A stretch of DNA of 64,000 nt, taken from NCBI GenBank assembly GCA_934090795.1, contig CAKOJQ010000004.1, positions 349 through 64,348 of the forward strand. Reading direction: 5' to 3'. The number at the start of each line of letters is the position of its first letter. Position 1 is the first letter of the stretch. Under the pieces are notes generated by a model that made no database searches, had not been told where the DNA came from, and saw only the letters and a list, made by a program, of their open reading frames with translations. This DNA comes from an uncultured Bacilli bacterium (lineage in GTDB: Bacteria > Bacillota_I > Bacilli_A > RF39 > UBA660). The position numbers and the translations under genes were made by a program. Shown one piece after another: positions 29,510 to 38,600 of this stretch.

Positions 29510-31019
29510 AGGTAAATTAGCGTTACATCCAATAATTTCATTTTGTATTTTAATGTTTATAATAGTTGTTTTAAGTGGTGTGCTTAATTTATTTAATGTT
29601 ACTACTACTTATAATAGAATTACTAATAATGGAACTTATGTTAGAGAATTAGTATCAAGTGAAAATTTATTTAGTTTACATGGATTAAAAGTTATATTTA
29701 GTAATGCAGTATCAAATTTTGCATCATTTGTTCCACTATCTATGTTAATTATTACGTTAATGGGTATTGGAGTAATGGATAAAACAGGATTTTTAGATTC
29801 GCTTTTTTATGTACTAACTAGAAATACGAATAAGAAAATTGTTACTTTTGTGTTATCGTTTGTTTGCATACTTTCTTCGATTGCTGGAGATTTGGGATAT
29901 ATTATTATGATTCCTTTAGCAGCTTTACTATTTAAATATGGAAAGAGACATCCGAAGGCGGGAATTATTTGTTCTTTTGCTTCAATTGCTTGTGGAAGTG
30001 GTATTAATATTTTTATGAGTAGTATTGATACTGCAGTAATTGCTTATACCAATCAAGCGGCTTCATTATTATCTAAAGATTATAGTATGGGAGTATTTTC
30101 TTTTATATTTGTAATGATTGTTGTGGCAATTGTACTAGCTTTAATTATTTCTAGTATTACTGAGAAGATAATTGTTCCAAAACTGGGACATTATGAACTT
30201 ATGGATGAGACAGAAGATTATTTAACTAAGAAAGAAAAAAGAGGATTATTAATTTCATTATTTTTTGGAGTTATTTATATAATAATTATAATTTATAATA
30301 TTATTCCTTATGCTCCACTTGGCGGCAATTTCTTAGATTATAGTCAAAAGTATTATATTGATAAATTATTTGGTTATAATAGTTTCTTTAGTCAAGGATA
30401 TGTTTTTGTAATTGTTATATTATTCTTTATATTAGGTTTTGTTTATGGTTTTGCAACTAAAAAAATAAAAACTGCTAAAGAAGTATTTGACTCTCTAAGT
30501 TATAGTTTAGATAAAATAGGAAATGTTTTAGTATTTATTTTCTTTGCTTCTAGTTTGATATTTATTTTTAAATCAAGTAATATAGGTAATTTAGTTGTAA
30601 GTTATTTTGCAAATCTTATTAATAGTGGTAATTTAAGCGGCATTGTACTTGTTGCTATAACATTTATATTTAGTGCTTTATCAACATTATTTTTACCTAG
30701 TACTTTAAGTAAATGGGCTATACTTAGTCCAACAGTGGTTCCTGCATTTATGAATGAGGGACTTAGTCCTGAATTTGCCACATTGATATTTAGAGCCGGA
30801 GAATGCATTACATATGGTTTAACACCGATAATGGCTTATTTCATTATTTATTTAGCATTTATGGAATTATATAGCGTAAATGAGGAAGATGGTTTATTTG
30901 GAAATATTAAATATTTGTTACCTTATTCTCTTTGTACACTTATTATGTGGTTAGTTATTATTTTACTTTTATATATAACGGGCATTCCTTTTGGTATTGG
31001 CGGTTATGTTGGATTATAG
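29487..31019 (+). CDS. AbgT-family (p-aminobenzoyl-glutamate-type) transporter
   Basis: 510 aa, about 12 TM helices, AbgT-like layout and motifs. Confidence 0.7.
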   Translation: MKRIKKIKGKLALHPIISFCILMFIIVVLSGVLNLFNVTTTYNRITNNGTYVRELVSSENLFSLHGLKVIFSNAVSNFASFVPLSMLIITLMGIGVMDKTGFLDSLFYVLTRNTNKKIVTFVLSFVCILSSIAGDLGYIIMIPLAALLFKYGKRHPKAGIICSFASIACGSGINIFMSSIDTAVIAYTNQAASLLSKDYSMGVFSFIFVMIVVAIVLALIISSITEKIIVPKLGHYELMDETEDYLTKKEKRGLLISLFFGVIYIIIIIYNIIPYAPLGGNFLDYSQKYYIDKLFGYNSFFSQGYVFVIVILFFILGFVYGFATKKIKTAKEVFDSLSYSLDKIGNVLVFIFFASSLIFIFKSSNIGNLVVSYFANLINSGNLSGIVLVAITFIFSALSTLFLPSTLSKWAILSPTVVPAFMNEGLSPEFATLIFRAGECITYGLTPIMAYFIIYLAFMELYSVNEEDGLFGNIKYLLPYSLCTLIMWLVIILLLYITGIPFGIGGYVGL

Positions 31020-31039
31020 GAACTTTAATAGTTCTTTTT
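31020..31039 (+). terminator. Rho-independent terminator candidate
   Basis: GAACT-TTAAT-AGTTC hairpin followed by T5. Confidence 0.55.
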
Positions 31040-31152
31040 CTTTACAATTAATTTACGATAAAATTTAAATTATTATTTATTGTTTTGGTATAATTTATTA
31101 TAATAATTATTGTAAAGGTAGAGTATCCTAAATTATTTGGGGTGGTGATAAT

Positions 31153-32268
31153 ATGGCTGGAAATGTTAAGGTTTTAACAAATGATTTGATAAATGATGGC
31201 ATATATGTAAAAAATGTATGTGATAATATTAAGGATAATTATGATAATGTAAATAATGTTATTTCAGATGTTTGTTTGACACTTAACTATTATAAAGAAC
31301 AACTTAGTTTAAAGTTTGAAGTGTTTCAAGAACATTCTAATACATTTAATGATAAGATAAATAATTGTGCTTTAGATTTAGAAAAAATTGATAATTTAAT
31401 TGGCAGTAATGTTACTAATTTACTAGGGAATGCGGACAATTTTGAATTTGGTGATAACAACTATTATGAATTAAGTACTATCACTTTAAAAACAAATGAT
31501 GGAATAAATATTGATATTGGCAATTTAGCAGATTTACCTGATAATGAACGAAAGACAGTATTAAATAAATTTTATAAAGAACTTGGTACTGCTGTTGTTA
31601 ATATTGAGAATGGCAATTATACATATCCTGGAACTAGTGATAATGATTTAGTAAATAGTTTAGTTAGACAATATTATGATAGTATTGTTAAGATTGATGC
31701 AAGTGGAAATGTTATTTATGAATCTAATGATTTAACAAAAAATAATTTTTATAATAGTGTTGTTAAAAAATATGGCGAGATTGCTAATGTACAAATTACT
31801 CCTAAAGATCTTCACTATGCTAGCAGAAATGGTAATCCATTAATTAGAGAAAATATTCAAGAATATAATTTACAATTTGCTGTTCAACAAACACCTACGG
31901 AAATTGGGCAGGAATATGATTTTTGTAAATGGGGACTTGTTAATGGTGATGAAAAAACGAGTGATTATTCAAAGCAATTATATGAAGAGACTGGATCTTA
32001 TCAAAGAGTATACTCTTACTATCCTGATGATTCAAAACATATGTTTATAGATCAATTTTATCTTTGCGATGATGGAATCTATAGAGATAAAGATGGCTAT
32101 ATTATTTGTGCTGATAAATATAACTTGGGATATAATGAAGATGGTACTAGCCATTGGGTTGGTCAAATAAATAGCGAAAATGCAGTTATTGTTGATACTC
32201 CATTTGGATTTGGTAAGGTTTATGATTCTTGTGGTCAAGGTAATATAGATATATATACACATTTTTGA
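31153..32268 (+). CDS. T7SS-associated protein: helical LXG/WXG-like N-terminus + C-terminal 3D-domain-like (MltA/DPBB-type) signature
   Basis: The first ~100 aa form a predicted helical hairpin ending NLLGNAD. The C-terminus AVIVDTPFGFGKVYDSCGQGNIDIY resembles the three-Asp 3D domain. First gene of the T7SS-like locus. Confidence 0.4.
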   Translation: MAGNVKVLTNDLINDGIYVKNVCDNIKDNYDNVNNVISDVCLTLNYYKEQLSLKFEVFQEHSNTFNDKINNCALDLEKIDNLIGSNVTNLLGNADNFEFGDNNYYELSTITLKTNDGINIDIGNLADLPDNERKTVLNKFYKELGTAVVNIENGNYTYPGTSDNDLVNSLVRQYYDSIVKIDASGNVIYESNDLTKNNFYNSVVKKYGEIANVQITPKDLHYASRNGNPLIRENIQEYNLQFAVQQTPTEIGQEYDFCKWGLVNGDEKTSDYSKQLYEETGSYQRVYSYYPDDSKHMFIDQFYLCDDGIYRDKDGYIICADKYNLGYNEDGTSHWVGQINSENAVIVDTPFGFGKVYDSCGQGNIDIYTHF

Positions 32269-32283
32269 GAGGAGAAATAAAAT

Positions 32284-32793
32284 ATGAAGGATAAAATTGC
32301 AAATTATTATGAGAATGTTGATGATGCAGCTATAAAACAGGCTGTTGAAAATTTTAGAAGTGTTTTAAATGAAGTTAATTATGAAAACGGTGATGGTTTA
32401 CCATTAAATACTCAAGCAAAATATGATAGTACATTTAACAATGGTACTAATTACTTAAAAAATACTGACATATTAGGCATGGTTCAATTATGTAATTCTT
32501 GTTTAGGAGTTGTTAGCAAAATTACAACATACAAAACTTATTATAGTGGTACTTATACTAATACATATAATGATTGTAGTACCAAGTATAATACTTATAC
32601 TAATGCCCCAAAAACAATTACTAAAACTGATGTAAACGGAAATATAATATATAGAGACGGACAGCCTGTACTTATTGATAATCCGAAAGTTGCAACATAT
32701 AAATCTGAATATATTAGTGCGTTAACTACTTTGGGGAATTGTGAAAAATATTTAAATGATTTGAAAAATAGTATTGAGTCTGTTTCTATCTAA
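32284..32793 (+). CDS. Hypothetical protein of the T7SS-like locus
   Basis: 169 aa, no TM helix, T/Y/N-rich middle, no recognisable domain. RBS GAGGAG upstream. Confidence 0.5.
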   Translation: MKDKIANYYENVDDAAIKQAVENFRSVLNEVNYENGDGLPLNTQAKYDSTFNNGTNYLKNTDILGMVQLCNSCLGVVSKITTYKTYYSGTYTNTYNDCSTKYNTYTNAPKTITKTDVNGNIIYRDGQPVLIDNPKVATYKSEYISALTTLGNCEKYLNDLKNSIESVSI

Positions 32794-32898
32794 ATTGTTT
32801 ACATAAATTTTACAGATTTTATTTAATAATTATTTATTAAAATAAATTAATAGTGTAAAATAATAATTGATATACAATATATGTGGATGTGAGGTATC

Positions 32899-33153
32899 AT
32901 GAATAAATATTTAGTTACTGTAATCGTTCCTGTTATTAATTTGACATTTGATGTTGAAATTCCTAATAATAGAAAAATTGGGACGATTAAAAAAATTTTA
33001 TTAGCCGAGGTTAATAGTAAAGCTAGCGGAATGTATAATAAAAGTTTTAATGATATTAGAGTAATTGATAGAGATAATGGTACTGAATATAGTAATGATA
33101 TGTATATTAAAGATTCTAAAATAATAAATGGATCAAAATTAATTTTGATTTAA
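32899..33153 (+). CDS. esaB: YukD/EsaB-like ubiquitin-fold protein
   Basis: 84 aa. Beta-grasp pattern ending INGSKLILI, like YukD (ITNGDRLEIL). Directly upstream of WXG100 genes. Confidence 0.6.
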   Translation: MNKYLVTVIVPVINLTFDVEIPNNRKIGTIKKILLAEVNSKASGMYNKSFNDIRVIDRDNGTEYSNDMYIKDSKIINGSKLILI

Positions 33154-33170
33154 TAGAAAGGAAAGAAGAA

Positions 33171-33458
33171 ATGGCTGTATTAAATATTGATACTGAAGGA
33201 GTAAGAGATATTGCTTCTATGATTTCTAATCAAGCTGATGAATTAGAAACTGAAATTAAGAGAATCAAAGAAAATCAAGAAAAACTAAATTCTTGTTGGA
33301 CTGGAGAAGCTGCAACTGCTGCTCAAGTTGCTTTAGATGAAGTAGTTGCTTTATATAATGATATGTTAGCTACAGTAAGAAGTACACATACTTCACTTGC
33401 AAGTGCTGCAAATTCATTTAGTGATACTGATACATCTAATGCTGGAATGTTTAAATAA
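33171..33458 (+). CDS. esxA: WXG100-family protein (EsxA-like)
   Basis: 95 aa helical hairpin with a central W-T-G (NSCWTGEAA). Strong RBS. Confidence 0.8.
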   Translation: MAVLNIDTEGVRDIASMISNQADELETEIKRIKENQEKLNSCWTGEAATAAQVALDEVVALYNDMLATVRSTHTSLASAANSFSDTDTSNAGMFK

Positions 33459-33477
33459 TTAGAAAGGAAAAAATAAA

Positions 33478-33780
33478 ATGGGAAAAATTTATATAGATTA
33501 CGAACAAGCTTCAGAAGTTATTGGAAATATAAATAGTGTTGTTAATGAAGTACAATCAACATTAGAATCAATTTCTGGTCTTTATTCAAGAATTAATAGT
33601 GGAGACGTTTATAGTGGTTTTTCTGCTGGTGAATATGAAGCTCGTTTTAATGAATTAAAGAAAACTGCATTTGTTAAAGTTCCTGAAGCAACATCAAAAG
33701 TAAATAGACTTTTAGCTGAAGCTAGAAATCAATATGCTGAAAATGAACAAAAAGCTGCAAATGCTGCAAATGGAAATTAA
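33478..33780 (+). CDS. WXG100-like partner protein (no W-x-G)
   Basis: 100 aa helical hairpin. The turn reads VYSGFSAGEY. Adjacent to the esxA-like gene. Confidence 0.55.
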   Translation: MGKIYIDYEQASEVIGNINSVVNEVQSTLESISGLYSRINSGDVYSGFSAGEYEARFNELKKTAFVKVPEATSKVNRLLAEARNQYAENEQKAANAANGN

Positions 33781-33829
33781 AGCATTTAAATATGCTTTGA
33801 CTAAAGAACTATTTAATTAATAGTTTTTT
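33779..33829 (+). terminator. Tandem hairpins / leaky terminator after the first esx pair
   Basis: AAAGCAT-TTAAAT-ATGCTTT, then AACTATT-TAATT-AATAGTT followed by TTTT. Confidence 0.45.
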
Positions 33830-33864
33830 GGTGAAAATATATTTGAATAATTAGGGAGGATATT

Positions 33865-34152
33865 ATGAAAATTGAATATAATATAGATGATTTAAGACAA
33901 TATTCTGAAAAGTTATTAGCTGAACATGAATCAATGGTTGGAGCTGTTACAAATTTAGAAGGACTTGTTTCTAGTTTTCAGGCAAATTGGTCAGGAGAAG
34001 CCCAAACAGCCTATATTGCTTTTTTTACAGATGCTATTGCGTCTTTGAAATCTTATTTAGAAGAATTTGATATTATTGCTCAAAATTTAAATACTGCTGC
34101 TGATTATTATGAAAAACATGAGGAAACATATACAAATTGCTTAGGTTTTTAG
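33865..34152 (+). CDS. WXG100-family protein
   Basis: 95 aa with a central W-S-G (ANWSGEAQ). GGGAGG RBS. Confidence 0.75.
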   Translation: MKIEYNIDDLRQYSEKLLAEHESMVGAVTNLEGLVSSFQANWSGEAQTAYIAFFTDAIASLKSYLEEFDIIAQNLNTAADYYEKHEETYTNCLGF

Positions 34153-34162
34153 GAGAGATTTT

Positions 34163-35566
34163 ATGGCGAATATAAAAGTAAATTATAGTGGTATTGCAAG
34201 TGATATTTCTACGTTATCTTCTAATGTAAAAAATATTTGTGATTCTTTAGATAAAGTTAATAATGTCGAAAATGTTATACCTGAATCATGGAGAAGCAAT
34301 GGTGCTGAACAATATAGAAGTGCTGTTGTAACTGATATTATTGCTCCAATTGCAAATTTTGAAGGAACTCTTACAGGACTAATTAAAATGCTTTCTGAGG
34401 TATCAGATAACTTTGATAATCTAGAAAATATTATTGGTAGTGAATTAAATAACTGGTTTAATGGTATGGTAGCAAGTGGCAAGGTATTAGATTTAGTTGC
34501 TGTTAGAGATGTATTGTTAAACTATGGAATAAATTATTTAACACAAGATGATACTTATTCTTCTATTCCTTATGGATCTGGAAGTTTAAAATCTGATGGA
34601 TGTGGTTTTTTCTCTATGGTTATGGCTTATCAATTAAAATCTGGTCATAATTTGACAATGGATGAAATTAAAAAGTTAGCGTATGCGAGTAGTGTAAATG
34701 GTGCACCTGGTGGAAATTATGATTTATCTTATAATACTGGTGTTAATTTAGGCTTAGATGTTAATAAGACTAGATATTCATCAATTAATGATGTTTATAA
34801 TGCTGTTAATGATGGAAAATCTGTTATTTTCTTAAATCGTGGTTCAACTCATTTTAGATTAATAACTGAAGTTAAACATACCGATAATGGTGATGTTTAT
34901 GTTGTTTATGATTCTGTTAAGAAAGAGTATCAGACTTGGACTGCTGATCAAGTTGCTAGTGAAGTTGCCGTAGGTAATGTAATTGAAGTTGGAAAATATG
35001 ATAAAAGTAAGGATAATCTTCAAGATAGTTCTTGGAATCCTGGAAATGCACCTCTTTCAAGTGATAGTGTAGAACCTGGAAATAGTGGTGTACATAATCC
35101 AAGTGAACCAACAACTCCAAGTGAGCCAACAACTCCAAGTGAGCCGACAACTCCAAGCAAGCCAACAACTCCAAGTGAGCCAACAACTCCAAGTAGGCCA
35201 ACAACTCCAAGTGAGCCAACAACTCCAAGTAAGCCAACAACTCCAAGTGAGCCAACAACTCCAAGTGAGCCAGCTACTCCAAGTGAACCAACAACTCCAA
35301 GTGAACCGACAACTCCAAGTGAGCCAGCTACTCCAAGTGAGCCGACAACTCCAAGTGAGCCGACAACTCCAAGTGAGCCATCAACTCCAAGTGAGCCATC
35401 AACTCCAAGTGAGCCAGCTACTCCAAGTGACGGTGATTTTGTTGATCGTTTGGGTGATACATCATTAGATTTTGGGGACGATATTGGAACAAATGATGAA
35501 ATATATGATAATTTAGATTTATCATTTACTGATAAGGCTGGAGATACGACAATTCATTTTGAATAA
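34163..35566 (+). CDS. Putative T7SS substrate: WXG-like N-terminus + C39-like papain-fold domain + PSEPTT repeat linker + acidic tail
   Basis: N-terminal helical hairpin with SWRSNGAEQY. Cys/His/Asp candidates in DGCGFFSMVMAY, GSTHFRLI and VVYDS. 18 PSEPTT-type repeats. D/E-rich 45-aa C-terminus. Confidence 0.6.
   Translation: MANIKVNYSGIASDISTLSSNVKNICDSLDKVNNVENVIPESWRSNGAEQYRSAVVTDIIAPIANFEGTLTGLIKMLSEVSDNFDNLENIIGSELNNWFNGMVASGKVLDLVAVRDVLLNYGINYLTQDDTYSSIPYGSGSLKSDGCGFFSMVMAYQLKSGHNLTMDEIKKLAYASSVNGAPGGNYDLSYNTGVNLGLDVNKTRYSSINDVYNAVNDGKSVIFLNRGSTHFRLITEVKHTDNGDVYVVYDSVKKEYQTWTADQVASEVAVGNVIEVGKYDKSKDNLQDSSWNPGNAPLSSDSVEPGNSGVHNPSEPTTPSEPTTPSEPTTPSKPTTPSEPTTPSRPTTPSEPTTPSKPTTPSEPTTPSEPATPSEPTTPSEPTTPSEPATPSEPTTPSEPTTPSEPSTPSEPSTPSEPATPSDGDFVDRLGDTSLDFGDDIGTNDEIYDNLDLSFTDKAGDTTIHFE
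35099..35422 (+). repeat. 18-bp tandem repeat x18 (in-frame, encodes PS[EKR]P[TAS]T)
   Basis: CCAAGTGAGCCAACAACT units counted directly. Variation is mostly at codons 3 and 5. Confidence 0.95.
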
Positions 35567-35575
35567 TTATAATTA

Positions 35576-35605
35576 ATATGAAAGCTATTTAGTTTTCATA
35601 TTTTT
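35576..35605 (+). terminator. Rho-independent terminator candidate upstream of essC
   Basis: ATATGAAA/TTTCATAT 8-bp stem, 10-nt loop, TTTT. Confidence 0.55.
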
Positions 35606-35659
35606 CTTTATTTAAATCATTAATTATTGTATAATCTTATTAGTATAGGAGGATACATT

Positions 35660-38600
35660 ATGCGTCTAAATATTATAAAAAATAATTATATTAAAAACGT
35701 AATATTACCAGATGAACCAAGTGGTTCTTATTGGATTAATTCATTTGATATTAATGGTAATAAAAGAAATTTAATTCTTGTTGAAGCTTATAATGGTAAA
35801 TGGAAATTAGTTAGTAATAATAATGTATATTATATTGAAAATAATGTAATGAATCCTTATGCCTATTTAGAAATAAGTAGTTATTATCAAATTAAAAATG
35901 AATTAGATAAGGATACCTTTGTAATATATTGTTCTCCTGTTGTTGAAAAGTATAATTGTTATGAAATTAACAGTTATATATCTAATGGAATAAGCATTGG
36001 TAAATCTAATAATAATTTTATTAAATTTGTAAATGTAGATGATGTTGCTTGTTATATAAAAACAATTAATGATAAATTAATTTTAATAAACAATAATAGT
36101 AGCTATGGTGTTTATTTAAATAATTCAAGGGTATATAGTAGTTCCGAGGTGAAAATTGGAGATATTATTTTTATTAATGGATTACGTATAATTGTTAGTT
36201 CTAGTGCAGCTGGGCTAAATAATATTGTTTTATATGTAAATAATGTAGATAATAGTGATATTAGTGTAGGGGCTATGCCTCTTGGAATTGTTAATTCCAT
36301 TGCTGGTGATTATACAGAAGATAATAGTGATAATGTATATGATATTTATAATGAAAATGATTATTTTTATAAAAAGCCAAGGGTTGTTCCTAAACTAGAT
36401 ACTTTAAATATAAAAGTTGATGATCCTCCTGCAAAACAAGATGGAAAAGATAGTCCTTTATTACTAACTATTGGACCTATGATAACTATGTCAATGTCAT
36501 CTCTAATGATGGGATATAATACTTTAAGTAATGTTACAAACGGAACAACTACAATTGAAAAAGCAACACCTTCTTTAATTGTTTGTGGTGCAATGTTTGC
36601 TAGTATATTTATATGGCCTTTAATTACTAAATTTTATCAAAAGATTGATAATAAAATAAAAGAGAAAAAGAGACAAAATAAATATAGTAAATATATAGAT
36701 AGTAAAATAGAAGAAATTAGTAAAGCTAAAAATGAACAAGCTTCTATGCTTAAAATGCATTATTTTTCAAGTGAACAATCAGCTGATGTTATAATAAATA
36801 AAAGTAGTTTAATGTGGCAGAGAAGAATTAGTGATGATGATTATTTATCTATAACTTTAGGTATTGGTAGTTGTCCAATGAAAATTAATATTAATTATCC
36901 TGAAGAACATTTTACAATGGAGGAAGATAATCTTAGAAGTTTAGTTTTAAGATTAGGTCAAGAACCTAAAAATTTAGAAAATGTTCCAGTTCCCTATTCT
37001 TTAAAAGAACATTATATAAGTGGTGTTTTTGGAATGAATTATTTACATGATTATGTTAAAAGAATGTTAATTCAATTATTAGCGTTTCATAGTTATGATG
37101 ATTTAAAAATAGTTATTTTAACTGATGAAGAACATGAGAGTGAATGGTCTTTTGTTAAGTGTGCACCACACCTATTTAGTGACGATAAAAGTATTAGATT
37201 TTTTGCTTCATCAGCAGAAGAATATAAAGAAGTATGTTACTATTTAAAACGTGTATTTGATAGTAGAAAAGATAATACCAGTGATAAAACTGAGTTTAAT
37301 CAAGTTTATTTAATAATAACTGATAGTTTTAAAAAGATTAGGGATATTGATTTAATCGAAGATATTTTAAAGAATAAACGTTACGCTGGATTTAGTATTT
37401 TTATAATGGATAAAAAGATGACTAATTTCCCAGATCAATGTACTTCTTTTATTGATTTAAGTTTAATTACTAATGATAATAAGATTGGAGAAGTTAAAGA
37501 TAATCTAGATATTAATAGTGTTGTTAGATTTAATGTTGAACTTAATACAATTATTGATTATGAAAAATGTGTTAAAGTTTTAGCTAATACTCCAATTGAT
37601 ATTAAAAATGATGTAGAAGGAAAACTTCCTAATAAGATAAGCTTCTTGGAAATGTATGAAGTTGGTAAAGTTGAACAATTAAATTCAAATGTTAGATGGA
37701 TGAGCAATGATCCTGTTATGAGTTTATCTGCACCAGTTGGAATAGGAAAAAATGGAGAGTTTATTACGATCGACCTTCATGAAAAATATCATGGACCACA
37801 TGGTCTAATTGCTGGTATGACTGGTTCTGGTAAATCTGAATTTATTATTACATATATTTTATCAATGGCTTTAAATTATAGTCCTTATGAAGTACAATTT
37901 ATTTTAATTGACTATAAGGGTGGCGGACTTGCTGGAGCGTTTGAAAATAAGACTACTGGCGTAAAATTGCCTCATTTGATAGGTACAATTACTAACTTAG
38001 ATGCAAATGAGATTAAAAGAAGTTTAGCATCTATTGAGTCTGAATTAAAGAGAAGACAGGCTTTATTTAATAAAGCGAGAGAAATAAGCGGTGAAAGTAC
38101 AGTTGATATATATAAGTATCAAAAAATGTATAGACAAGGTGTTTTAAGTGAACCTGTTTCACATTTATTTATAATTTGTGATGAGTTTGCAGAACTTAAA
38201 AATCAACAACCTGAATTTATGGATCAACTTATTTCAACAGCTCGTATTGGACGTTCACTCGGTGTTCACTTAATTTTAGCAACTCAAAAACCAAGTGGTG
38301 TAGTAGATCCACAAATTTGGAGTAATACAAGATTTAGAGTTTGTTTAAGAGTTCAAGATAAATCGGATAGTAATGAGGTTATTAAAAAGCCTGATGCTGC
38401 CTTTTTGAAGCAAACTGGTAGATTTTATTTCCAAGTTGGTTATGATGAAGTATTTACTTTGGGACAAGCTGCTTATGCTGGTGGATCTTATGTTCCATCA
38501 GATACAATAAAGAAAGAAATTGATACTTCAGTAGATTTTTTAAACAATATTGGATATATTATCAAAAAGGTTGAAACTAAAAAGATTGTAAAGAATTTAG

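Noticed and set aside
35099-35422. Regular short repeats that might suggest a CRISPR array.
   Set aside because: The units are contiguous 18-mers with no spacers. They are in frame within a CDS, and no cas genes are present.
34956-35468. Two long ORFs across the repeat array: a plus-strand Q/L/V-rich ORF (35085-35468) and a minus-strand ELLAHLELLA ORF (34956-35264).
   Set aside because: They are alternative-frame and antisense readings of the 18-bp PSEPTT tandem repeat. They have no RBS and lie fully inside a well-supported gene.
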